Source of the DNA: Lenisia limosa
Lineage: Eukaryota > Protista > Breviatea
Assembly: GCA_001655205.1 (NCBI GenBank)
Contig: LPNZ01008983.1
Span: 1 to 33,718 of the forward strand
Direction of reading: 5' to 3'
DNA length: 33,718 nucleotides
Shown: piece by piece, positions 22,269 through 33,718 of the stretch
Position numbering within the stretch: position 1 is the stretch's first letter
How the letters are laid out: each line of letters starts with the position of its first letter
Program-made: the position numbers and the translations under genes
Notes under the pieces: model-generated
Database searches by the model: none
Seen by the model: only the letters and a program-made list of their open reading frames with translations
Told to the model about the DNA's origin: nothing

Positions 22269-22552
22269 CTTTCCTTTTGTTGAAAAAAAAATCTGTTTGT
22301 TTTCGATCCCTTAATTAACCTTCTTAACACAATATAGAAAGATTATGGGTCATTAGAGGATGATTGACGGATGGACGATTTTCAAAATTGATTTTATATA
22401 TTATTTTCCTAGGGCTTTTACCACTCTTCCATCCATAAACGGCAGTGTTCGCGCAGTTTTCGGGTTTTCGGGTTTTTTTTTGAAGGTACTTTACAAAATT
22501 GTTCCAAAGAGAAGGCACTAGAAATCAAGTTAATTATTGTACCGAGGCGAAG
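22269..22552. promoter_or_regulatory. 284-bp divergent promoter between the REJ receptor and the PH-ankyrin gene
   Basis: ATGs at 22268 (-) and 22553 (+). Contains TTTTCGGG twice followed by a T-run (22457-22480). Confidence 0.55.
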
Positions 22553-25500
22553 ATGACAGAATGTTTACATTCAGGCTTCTTAGCCAAAAGGGTGGGTATT
22601 TAAGGGAGTAATTGCTATTTTAACTCTTTTAGGGCGGTTCTAATAAAGCATTCAAAACAAGATGGGTTTCTATTGAACCAGGAGTGCTCTCCTACTTCAA
22701 AAAACAAGATGTAAGCAATTATGGGGTTATAAAGTCGGATAAACGGGAATCTGGATGTTTATTGTTTAGGACAAAGAAGCAGTAGATAGAGTTGTTCTGG
22801 AGGGTTACACCGTCAAGATTGAAGACAAGATGTAAGTTCTCTTGATGTTTCTGTTTTTTTTTTATTGGCAATGAGTATATTACTTGGGGAAAAGCAGGTT
22901 TTCTTGTTACTTCATTTCAACTGCTTTCCCCAATTTTCTGAGTGTATCTCTTAACTCTCACTCTTTTTTACCTCTCTTCCCCAGCTTGAGCATCGAACAC
23001 AAATCGAGGCGAACCTATGTCTTCAAGGCGGCCAACAAGAATGAGAGCATTGAGCCATGGAAGGAGCCAATTGAGAAGGCCATTGAGGCTAGTCAGAGCG
23101 GTATGCGTGGATTGTCGAATTTAATTCTGTTGGTGAAAAGGTACTAATTCATTTGTTACACTTAAAGTGTTAGTTTTGAGCAAAACGGTATTATTCATCA
23201 GACCCAAATATGGAGATTTGCGCCATAGTTAACGATGAGGACGCTCACCATAACATTAACAATCTAGCCGGCCACCAGCGTTTCTTGACCCCGGTGAAGC
23301 GCGAAGGCTTCCTGGCCCGTGATTCAATTGCCGAACTCAAAATCAAGAAGAAGAAAGACAGCTACTGTGTTGTGACAGAGAACTTCTTCTACATGTTCGA
23401 AAGTCCTAAGGTTGGTGCTTTCACTGAAGTATAATATACATATTTCTTACGGAGAAGCTCACACCTACTATCCTTTCGTATTTGGCTCTTAGCACAGTTT
23501 TATTCTCACCTTCAAGGAGAGAAGGCCAACGCTCTGTATTCCGCTGAACGTTATCGAAGTCAAAAGTTCACAAAGCGGAGGGCTAGAGGTGGGAATGTTG
23601 TAATGTTAGTTTAATCCCACTTATTTCCTTTACAAACTTGGTGGTGTTGGACAGCTTTCATATATAATACATATACAGCATTAGACATATATTTTCACAT
23701 TTCCCTGTATTAATTCTCCAGTTACACATTTCCGAGGGAGACACCGTATTCATGACCTTGGTTCTTCATGGTGATGCCAAGGAACTGACTGACTGGGCCC
23801 TCGTGTTCAATGACACTTCAAAGAAAGTCGGCTGTGCTTTTGATATTTGTTATGATTTTCTTACTTGTTTTGTGTATATTTTCGGTTCTCACATTTTTTT
23901 AGCCTGAAGACTGTGATATCTTCACAAAGCTCCCATGCAAATGCACCAACAATTCTTTCAGGTAAATTGGTGGTGTCGTTGGGATTCATGGGGGTGCTAA
24001 TTGGTCCGTATTTCTCTTCCTATTTGCCGGCTGTTCATTTCATATGACTCTCTTGTTTTTGTGGTCCTTTCTGATGGAGATTCTTGTTCATACCACAATT
24101 ATATCCCCTGTACATTGTCTTTCTGGCAGTTTTTCACTCCATTCCCATTTTTGATTCATCTTTTATTGTCAATATTCTTTTTGGGATGAAGCTATGCAGT
24201 GTTTCTTACCCTTTAGGTTTGTCCAAACCGCCCCCTCTAAGGCAGCGAGACGCCTGAAGCCTGTGAAGTCTTCAGACTCAATGATGCGTGAAAGGCTTTC
24301 AATGTCTCTCAACCCAACACCTGAAATGGAGATCCAAGGAAGTAGCACTGAGGAGAAGAAGGAAAGGGAAGAACAGGAGAGGAAAGAAAAGGAAGAGAAG
24401 GAGAAGGCTGATGAGCCGAATTTTGATGAGGACGGGGAGCACGACCTTGGCAGTGACATGGAGAACCTTTCCATTGCTAAGTCCGGGAGTGAGAACGAGG
24501 ACGCCGCGCCAGAGATGTCTTCGGAAGCCATGAGCTCCGAACAGTCTCAAGTAAGAACGTTGGAGTCTTCCAAGTTTGAGCTTGGCCAGGAAATCAGTCT
24601 ACCCTTTGCGATGACTGTTCGTACAATGCCAACAGGTGCTGATATGGTGGGGTGGTCATCAAAATCCAAATCAGGCATATTTTATCCTTTTTGACAGCTT
24701 TGGCAGATTCCAGAAACGACACATTATCCCATTCCCCTCACCTCTCTTCCTCAGTGTTGTTTCGGTACCGATCTTGTGGCCTTCAACACCAAGTGGCAAA
24801 TTGCCCCCCTCCCCCAGTTCTTCCAGAGGCTATTCCAAAGAGTGATGGGGTGCTGTGTGTTGTTTAGACTTTCCTGTAAAGAATGGTAAAATGTCCATTG
24901 TTATCCATTGTTAATTTTTTTTGAAGATGTTCGTTCTTTAAGGATCAAGGAGTATTTATCAACCTCAAAGAATGATGTGTCTTGAGTAATGGGGTGCCCC
25001 CCCCCCTATCATATCCAATTCACCCCCCTCCCCCAGATGTCTACAGTTCTTCCCGAAATTCGCTTCCCCCTTGTGTTTGGTGAGGCTGAAGATCTCGAAA
25101 ATCCTGAAAGCATCTTTGCCTCACATCCCAACTCCCCCAAGGTATTGAGGGGTATGGCCTCTTCTGTCTCGGAATAGTGGTGTGAAAAGGAATATGAATT
25201 ATTTCATTGCTACACCACCTTAAAATTATGTCTGTATAACTGATTTTATCTTGCTGCATCTTCTTATCCCCTCGTAGCTTCTTCGCAAGTCGTCAACCTT
25301 CAACATGCCTGACACGGCGTTCCAGTCTGGCACTCTGTCCAAAGTCCAGGTCAATGCTCAGATTGCACTCTGGAGGGAACTGCTTGGGTTTGTTATCGGC
25401 TTTTTTGTGAATAATTCCCAGTAGACCAGGATAGTTTAATAGAGTGCTTTGATTCTGACCCTTTAGCAACAAGTACATGCTTGAGTCAGAGTACCTTTTG

Positions 25501-28500
25501 GATGCGTTAGAGGTAGGTTCTGGTTTTGGATTTTTAATATAAATCATAATTGTCTCTTTTTTTGCGTTTCTGTCTCCAAACCAGAATCCAAGGGACCGGG
25601 TGTGACGGTGTAGCTCCGAACAATGTTCAGACCACTCGAGCTGCAAGACTCGGAGTACATCAACGTCCTCCTTTCAACGGGCTCCGACGTTCAGGCCAGA
25701 AACAAGCAGGTTCAGGGGCTTCTGGAGGTTCCAATATGATATTAGTAAAGAGTGCAGGTTATGAACCGCACGTCTGATTTTGCAGTCGCGCTCCCCCCTT
25801 CATATTGCTACAATGCTCAAATCTAGCCCCGAGTTTGTGAGATCCCTCTGTGAAGCCGGCAGTCTCGTCAACGGTTTGCACTTCTTCTGCTATTGCTGCA
25901 ACTTTCAGACAGCTCGAAAGAATTGCTCGAGAGTCCTGGATCGATGTACACGTGACATTTTAGATAAGGACGTGGGAGGGACAACACCGCTGCATTTTGC
26001 GGTTCGAAGCGGCAACACGGAGACTGTGCGCATGCTTGTCAAGGAGTACGGTGCTGTCATTGACTCGCAAGTGGGCTGCAATCAATAAGGGTTATGACTC
26101 GCAAGTGAGCTGCAATCAATAAGGGTTATGACTTGCAAAGTGGGTCAAGATGAATAAGGGTTATGACTCGCAAGTGAGCTAATATCAATAAGGGTTATGA
26201 CTCGCAAGTGAGCTAATATCAATAAGGGTTATGACTCGAGATTTCACTACTTATTGACCTAAACTCTCCCCCCCCCCAGACAGTGACAGGTATGACCCCC
26301 CTATCCTTCGCCTTCAAGGAGGGCCGCCTGAAGGTTGCTGAGTTGCTCCTGGAGCTTGGTGGCAACCCCATGCTTCTCGACCACAAAATGCGGTGGGTGA
26401 TTATGCTGAATTCGGGCCATAGGTACAAGGGGCTTCAGGACAGATTATTATTTTGAGGAAAGAAGTGAATGCGTAGACCAGGATTTAAACCAGTTCTTTG
26501 GCGCATCAACAACATAACGACTTACCTGGTTTAGTGCGCCGCTCTTCTACGCAGTGCAGGGCGGGCATAAGGAACTCGTTGAACTTGGTCTCAAGTGGGT
26601 CTTTTGGACTTCCTTTCGTGGGGTAGTCTTTCATATCATATATATTCACCTTATTGTGGGCAATTGAGGTGACATTCTCATATGACCTCTGTATACTGTT
26701 TTCTTTTGAATCAGTTAAGTTACTTTGTTGGCCAAGATAACTCCTTAGAACTGAGGAGGCAGCCGGCCTGGTTGACTCAACGTCCTGCACGGCCCTCATG
26801 GAGGCGGTCCAACTCCCCATCCCGGACATCGCCTTGCTGCTTCTCGAGTGGGGAGGGGGGCCAAAGCTGTTTGCTGAAACCCTAGTAAAGGAAACGATTA
26901 TAATGTGATGGAGAAATAGAACTATGTATTCACCGTTAAAACACATTGACCTTATTCCTTTTGTATTACCTTTACCTATTCCTTTAGCCATGAAACCCAG
27001 GTTAATGAGCAAAACAAGGAACTGTGGAGTGCTCTTCATTTGGCTGCAAAACACAGCACCCCCGAGGTTGGCCTTTGGGTCATAAGGTTATAAATATCGC
27101 AAGTGTTTGTGTTCAATAAAACTGTCTATTATGGACTGCTTATCGATTTTGTTTTTCTCGCACAGAACCGTTCATGTATTGACTAAGTTTCCACCAAATG
27201 ACTGATTGTTCAGGTTGTGAAAAAAATCATTGAGAAGGGCGGAGAGCTCGAGGTCAAAAACAACGTGGGGGGTGAGGGAAATATTATTTGATGATAATCC
27301 AACACTCTGAACATTCAATTGCCGCCACCACTCCATGATTATTCCAATGCAACTCAATGATTGTATGACAATTGTTTACCTGTCCAGAATTCGCAGACCC
27401 CATTGTTCATTGCTATTGAAGCTGGTCGCACCAAGGTTTGCCCCTCTTTCCACGTACCTCTGTGGTATTCTAATGATGAACACACACCCCTCCAGAATTG
27501 AAACATTTCAATGATCTACTTTGCCTGCTTTGCTAATCCAATAGTTGATATGAAATGTTTTTTACTTATCTCCCAGGTTATCCTGACACTCCTCGACGCT
27601 GGTGCCAATTTAGAGAGTGAAGATTCGCAGGGTTTGGGTGCCGTCCACATCGCCGTCACACATCACCATTTCGAATTGGTCCAAGTGGGAGGGTCTTGCG
27701 TGGTTGACTCATGACAAGGTAGCTTTTTCGCATACTTCGAGGGTTTTTGGGCAATCAAGAATTTAGACCCTCTCTCCATCCTTTATTATTGATATTCCTT
27801 CGCTCACTCGGCTGCCTCGACTGACCGTGCAGGTGTTAGTCAAGGACCTGAAGCAGAATGTGGACGGTCTCACTGGCGATGGGCGGACAGCGCTGCATGT
27901 AGCCATCCCCGCCACCCCTGGACCTGGTATGCGTGTATATCGAGGGTTTATCACAAACATCGGAATGTTTTGAGACCATTTGCTTGTTGGCCATCGTTAG
28001 AATATCCCTCCTGCAATAGCTTGGAATGTGCATAATAACTATCACAGTTTCTGACACTGGAAAGTCTGAGCGTCACGGTACAGTGTCAGGCACGCTTAGA
28101 CGAGGCACATCGTGGGTTTGGACAGGACGCACGCCACTCATATGATATACTACTTTGATTTTGAAAACTAATCATTAATTTTAGTATAGTTTGCAATGGG
28201 GTCACCTTGTCTTAATTGTCATGTTTCAAGACCCCTCCCCATTTTGCCATCATGCCGCTTTTCTAACCTCGTAGCATTAAGCCCCAAGCCTATACAGAGA
28301 ACGAAGGACCCACCACAATGGCTGGTTTGAAGGGATTGTGACATACCCCCCCCCNNNNNNNNNNNNNNNNNNNNNNNNNNNNNNNNNNNNNNNNNNNNNN
28401 NNNNNNNNNNNNNNNNNNNNNNNNNTAGCTCGTGTTATCTTTACTATTCTACTTTTCGCAAATACACATCCATCCACTTTACTGGGGTACAGAGGACAAG

Positions 28501-30336
28501 GAGCTGATGAGGATGATTGACATTCTTGTTGACTTGGAGGCCAACATCATGCTGCCAGACGCAAAGGGCCGCCAACCGATTCATTACGCTGCTCTGAGAG
28601 GGTGGGCTGAGCTGCGGTGCAACAAAGGGTGTAGATCCTTAGCTTATGACAAGCAAAATCTTATCAATTTATCCAGCTCTGAGCTCTGTTGATCCCAAAG
28701 AAATGACACTCCTGGGCTGACTACATAATACGTTCTCATAAAAACAATAACGCACCAATTCCCATCCGAGTAAGCACTAACAAGCAGGTCTCCGCGAGTC
28801 CTCAAGAAGATCATCAACTACGGAGGGGACGTCAACGCCCTGGACCATGAGGGAAGAACTCCGTTGCATTTGGCCGTGGGGGGGGGGGGTNNNNNNNNNN
28901 NNNNNNNNNNNNNNNNNNNNNNNNNNNNNNNNNNNNNNNNNNNNNNNNNNNNNNNNNNNNNNNNNNNNNNNNNNNNNNNNNNNNNNNNNNNNNNNNNNNN
29001 NNNCTCGATAAATACTGATATTGGACCTTACTCCTTGTTCACCTATTATCTATTTACCCCTTTCTCCCATTCACATTTATCCCCTTTTTCACTTTCCTCT
29101 CTCATTCCGCAGCTTCTGCGTGGGCACATGGGTGCTGCCAAGGTTCTCATTTCCATGCCCGAGACAATGGTGGATATTGCTGACACCAAGAAGTCCGTNN
29201 NNNNNNNNGGGAGGCACGCAATAAGCTGTGTACACAGAGCTGTAAGGCAAATGATTCGAACAGACAACCTTATATTATTTCTCATCTCTATAAATACCTA
29301 GTGTATAGGTTATATGCATATATCCTATACCATCATCGTGATATGATATGTTCACAATTAATTTATCCATCTCATCCATCAGGATTAAAGGAGGGAGTCG
29401 ATCTCCTTTTGGACAGGGGCGTGAGTCCGAATGTCGTGCAGGAGGCCTTGTGTACCCCGGTGGGAGGGGTATGTCGTGCAGGACGCCCTGTGTACCCCGG
29501 TTGCAGGGGTATATCGTGCAGGACGCCCTGTGAACCCTGGTGGCAGGGGGTATTGCGGGATGGTGGCAAGACAGCAATCGAATAATTCTCTTGAGAGTTC
29601 TCGGTTTTTCAAATTCCTGAGATTGTTATCAGCTATCCTTCCTTTGGAACCTTAATCTCAGACTATTCTCATGTTGTCAGCTTCATCTTGCCATTCTGAG
29701 AGGCCACGAAGACCTTGCGCTTTCCCTCTGTGATGTTGATGTTGGAGGTGGTGTCAGTTTCCCCCACAATCTAATAAGAACGGATAAATCTCCAATACCG
29801 CTATTTTGCTTGTCTTTTGTAACCATGGGTCTCATAATCTGCAGGAGACAAGGTTGGAAATGCAAGATGCCATCGGCTCTACCCCGCTGCATTACGCTGT
29901 CCTCAAGAAGCTCAACAACGTCACCAAGCTACTTGTTGAAAGAGGTATTATTAAAGAATTTGGGCTTTCCTCTGATCAGCTTTTTGAGCTGTCACTTTAT
30001 TGACTTTTCTTTGTAAAATAGGAATCTCTGATAAATCCGTGATATAACTTATAAGTATAGACCCATTGCCCCTCCCCCATGAACCTCTTAAATCTCACCA
30101 ATCTGTAGGAGTGTCAGTGTCGGTGGTTGACAAGAAGGGCCTCACAGCCCTGCATTACGCCTCGCAACAAATGCATATCCTGCTTGATGGTTGGTGCTTA
30201 ATGTCCACTACAAGGATTTGTTTCTTTGTAAGAGTTTTGTATTTGGGTAATATGATACTGTTTTTTTTGAGGTGCTTCAATATCTGACCTTTCAGACGCG
30301 CTGATTAAACGTCAAAAACAGTCGAAGTTCTTATAG
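22553..30336 (+). CDS. Tandem PH-domain protein with an acidic linker and a long ankyrin-repeat array (roughly 12-14 repeats); more than 25 exons
   Basis: PH1 reads MTECLHSGFLAKRGGSNKAFKTRWV..LSYFK..RTYVFKA..IEPWKEPIEKAI. PH2 reads KREGFLAR..YCVVTENFFYMFESPK..LTDWALVFN. An E/K-rich linker lies at 24217-24550. Ankyrin motifs include SRSPLHIA, GTTPLHFAVRSGN, GMTPLSFAFKEG, WSALHLAAK, QTPLFIAIEAG, GRTALHVA, GRQPIHYAALRG, GRTPLHLA, GSTPLHYAV and GLTALHYA. Stop TAG at 30334-30336. The PH-to-ankyrin join (24840-25630) and 29200-29380 are not uniquely resolved. Confidence 0.82.
26061..26238 (+). repeat. Minisatellite of about 5.2 x 34-35 nt spanning an exon-intron boundary
   Basis: Unit TGACTCGCAA-GTG(A/G)GCT..ATCAATAAGGGTTA starts at 26061, 26095, 26129, 26164, 26198 and partially at 26232. 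Confidence 0.95.
29431..29552 (+). repeat. GC-rich intronic minisatellite, 3 x 40 nt
   Basis: Unit AT(G/A)TCGTGCAGGA(C/G)GCC(C/T)TGTG(T/A)ACCC(C/T)GGT(G/T)G(G/C)AGGGGT at 29431, 29471 and 29511, just after the GTGAGT donor at 29421. Confidence 0.9.
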
Positions 30337-30710
30337 ACCATGGAGGGTTGTTTCTGCTAGTCTTGTTATTTACTATGTAATGTATTCTTTGTGTATGGGA
30401 AGAAGACTTATCAACATTCAAGCAACAACATTATTTCACATTTGATGATCAGTTGGTGACAGGTTGGTGGTATACAAGATCACAAGATATACATTCTTTG
30501 GTGTCAACTTGCGAGAATGTAATGATGGTATGCTTTGTTATCTTAAGGTGGCCAGTACCCCCAGGATTATTTTATATAAAAAGTTTTTGTCTCGTGAAAT
30601 CCATGAACCACGAACTCTTGGAATAAGGTATGTTGACCAGAATAACAAAGTTGTAACAAAGTTGTACATATTAACCCGAGAATATTCTGAAATAACTCCT
30701 TAGTTTCACG

Positions 30711-33700
30711 ATGGGTCGCAATAAAAAGAAGCTGAAGCTGCAGCTCTCCTCTGCTGACCTCACAAGCAAAGATTCAACCATGGCCACAGTGGAATCAAGG
30801 GAAGGTTGGTGGGCTTCGTTCATGCCTCGCGCTCATACGTTCAATGAGAAATGTTCTTTTGTCATAGTCTTCAAGAAGAAGGGGTTTTATGATAAAGAAA
30901 TAAGCGCAGCCAGGTCACAGTATTTAGGAGTTGGAGCCCTGGCGGCGATGGCAGGAGAGTGGAGCACGCTCCCAGCCCTCAGTGATGGTGGTCTCGAAGC
31001 TGTCACCAAGGTTTGGTGAGTGTTGCTTAAATAATTCTCCTTGGGTTCCACTAAACATCTGAATTATGACACTACAAATCCTTCAAAACCCATTAGAGCT
31101 TCACTTCTGCTCCATAAATATTTTAAAAGGCGAGCAGCTGTGCTACAAACTCTCACTCCGCAGCTTGGCTTCTCGACCATGACCCCCGTCCAAGCCTCCG
31201 CCATTCCACTCCTGATGGCGCATAAAGACGTTTCGGTTGAGGTGGGAAAGGCCTTTGCTTCGTCCACTAATAACTTTTGAGAATGTCTTGAAACTACCCT
31301 TACATGTCTTCTGCTATTAGGGTCATGCTGCTATACAAATGGCCTTAAGGGTTGATTTTCTGGCTTCTTACAGTGTTACTCCCCCCTCTTATAAAAAATG
31401 TTATCATCTTTAGAAATGAGAAATAACTACAAGGTTATATCTGGAAGACGTCACACTATCACGCTGAGAGAGATATTAGATTATGTAACATTTATTCACC
31501 CAATCATTTTCCTTCAACTCTGTATACACATCTTTCTGCGTGCCTCCCCAGTATACGTTCACAATCCCAGGCCTGTACCGGAAGTGGCAAAACCCTGGCC
31601 TATCTGTTTCCTGTTTTGGAGCTTGTGCAGTCTATCACTGAACCCTCGAATAAGATCTACGCATTGATTCTGCTCCCAACCAGGTCTGTCTCAAGTAAAC
31701 GAGTTTTGTCTAACCTGTCTTTCTGAATTACAAAAGCGATTAATAGACTGAATTTTTCGAGAAAAAAACCAGAATTATTTTTTCTGTTTGTAGGGAAGCA
31801 AGTTAATCGTTCAGAGAGCTAGCGCAACAGGTGTACCGCGTTGCTGGGACTTTAGTGGAGTCCTATCCTGCAGCCAAGCTCGGACTGTTTGTCGGAGGCA
31901 CGGATTTAGAGGCAGATAAGAAGCACTTCAAGAGCGACAGGCCCAATATTATCATCGCCACACCTGGTGAGTGTGTCTAGGATTAGCTGGGTGGTATCTT
32001 ACAAAATACCAGCTTTCTGGTGGTGAAAGTGCAGCTTGGGACTGTGGTGAACTTTGTGTTCATTACGCAGCAGTGCTTCTTACAAATCAGGTCGTATCCA
32101 CCATCTTTGTGAATCTAAAATTGGCTGTACGTTGAGATACACTGAAATTCTCATCCTTGACGAAGCTGACAGGTCAGCTATGGTTTTTCAAGATTAGCAC
32201 AGAGGGACCAGGTATTTCTTGCCTTCCTTCTCCTTTGTCCGTTTTGAAGATTTTGTTGACCCAGATGTGCTGTGCTAACGCTTGACAGATTACTTGATCC
32301 TGGAACCTCCCTGATTATGAACAAAATTCTTGAAATGCTGCCAAAGCAAAGAAGAACAGTTTGGGGGGGGGGGTCAACTAATATTTGTTATATTATTTCA
32401 ATTTTTTTTTGGAAAGCTGTTTGAAATGAGTGGTAGTTGATTCTATAGGGCCTTTTCAGTGCAACACAGACCAAGGAAGTTGCTGAGCTCACCAAAGCTG
32501 GAATGAGAAACCCAGTAATGGTTTGCAATCCTGCCGTTTCTTGCATAGGTTTATTATTATTACTGTTTTTTGGCAGTTTCTCTTGAATAAACACTCTCAA
32601 GCACTCTTTCTTCCGTCACTCCTCGCAGGTTTGTGTCAAAGTCCGGTCTGAGACAGCCTCAGGTTCCCGCGTCATCCCTTCAGAGTGGGCGAGGCTTGTA
32701 GGTAACAATAAAAGACGGGAATTGTCGATAAATATCGATGTTTCAGGTTTTTACGTTGTAACATGGTGTATTTGTAATCCTTTGTGTTACGATTGCTTTA
32801 ATGTGGTGACATCCCCCCACACTCTACTTCCCTCATTCTGATTCCCTTGTAGATTGGACAACTTCTACTCCATTGTTGCACCGCATTCAAAATTCTCTCA
32901 CATTGTCGCGTTTCTTCAGGGTAAGATATGGGAGTTCCAATAAGACTTGAGTGTATTATAAAGGCTTTCCTTTCTGAAAAAGCAGCATATCATTATTTGT
33001 TGGAAGTGACTTTGACCTAATTTTCTGACGAACTCAGCCCATTGTGACCAGCGCATCATCATCTTCTGTCTGACAACTGCAATTGTGGACTACCTCTCTG
33101 TGGTTGGTGGCGTGACATCATGGATGATATAATAAAATTAAAAGCGAGTATCTGACCAAAGCTTACCTACGAAAAGATCTAAGTCTGAGTAGGCGTGACA
33201 CCAAATACAGAAAGTTTAATGTTGTTTTATTATTAGTGTCAGGTTTTAATTTGACAGTACGTGAGGATATCAAGTCTATCCCAAGGGTTCTCATATTTCA
33301 CTTTTGTATTCATTTGTACTCCTTCTAACTCTGTTATTTTCATTACCTCCTCCCCCTCCAGATTCTCTCCAAAATAAAGGCCCTTAACGGAATGCCCATC
33401 TTTGGACTGCATGGCAAAATGGTCAGGAGGGGGGGGGGGCAAANNNNNNNNNNNNNNNNNNNNNNNNNNNNNNNNNNNNNNNNNNNNNNNNNNNNNNNNN
33501 NNNNNNNNNNNNNNNNNNNNNNNNNNNNNNNNNNNNNNNNNNNNGCAATTTGGGGATCTCTCGAGGAATTCAGGTTTCATCTTGGAGTGACCCCTTCCGC
33601 ATCTCATTTCTTTCAGCCGATGAAGAAGCGCCAAGGCCAACTATCCGGGTTTACAGAGGCCGGGTCAGCCGTCCTGGTCAGTACTGATGTTGCTGCTCGG

Positions 33701-33718
33701 GGCCTGGATCTACCCGAG
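30711..33718 (+). CDS. DDX55: DEAD-box RNA helicase of the DDX55/Spb4 family (60S biogenesis); runs off the right edge
   Basis: Q motif LGFSTMTPVQASAIP, motif I ACTGSGKTLAY, Ia LLPTRELAQQV, Ib IATPGRI, II LDEADRLLD, and LPKQRRTGLFSATQT..AGMRNPV, which is characteristic of Spb4/DDX55. Later motifs are LHGKM and STDVAARGLDLPE. The family-like start MAGEWSTL is at 30948, and an in-phase upstream exon starts at 30711. Confidence 0.93.

Noticed and set aside
26061-26238. CRISPR-like appearance of a 34-nt repeat array
   Set aside because: The units are contiguous with no unique spacers, there are no cas genes, and the context is a eukaryotic intron.
29275-29655. Several overlapping repetitive ORFs on both strands
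   Set aside because: They arise from the stop-poor 40-nt GC-rich minisatellite inside an intron.
1-33718. rRNA, tRNA, transposase, reverse transcriptase or viral genes
   Set aside because: No recognisable motifs; nearly all sequence is explained by the seven spliced genes and short spacers. Small ncRNAs cannot be excluded without a covariance-model search.

Overview
Intron-dense eukaryotic nuclear DNA, probably from a protist, using the standard genetic code, with many short N gaps. Manual splicing gives seven protein-coding genes in a compact layout (-,+,-,+,-,+,+). (1) A 3'-truncated secreted/surface protein with PSI-like, EGF-like and FN3 modules. (2) A signal-peptide-bearing nitrilase-superfamily amidase with an intact E-K-C triad, resembling the bacterial 5-aminovaleramidase-like group. 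(3) An acidic/coiled-coil protein. (4) Cathepsin C. (5) A roughly 1,500-aa single-pass receptor with a REJ region and a degenerate GAIN/GPS motif (polycystin-1-like ectodomain on one TM helix). (6) A tandem-PH plus ankyrin-repeat protein. (7) A 3'-truncated DDX55/Spb4 DEAD-box helicase. I saw no rRNA, tRNA, CRISPR array or transposase. The best leads are the REJ-GAIN-1TM receptor, the secretory bacterial-type amidase and the intron grammar: very degenerate GT donors, G-runs after donors, C-runs before acceptors, and tandem repeats that copy a splice donor. Two of the three divergent promoters also carry GC-rich palindromes. All exon boundaries are manual inferences without RNA data, and no database search was run.
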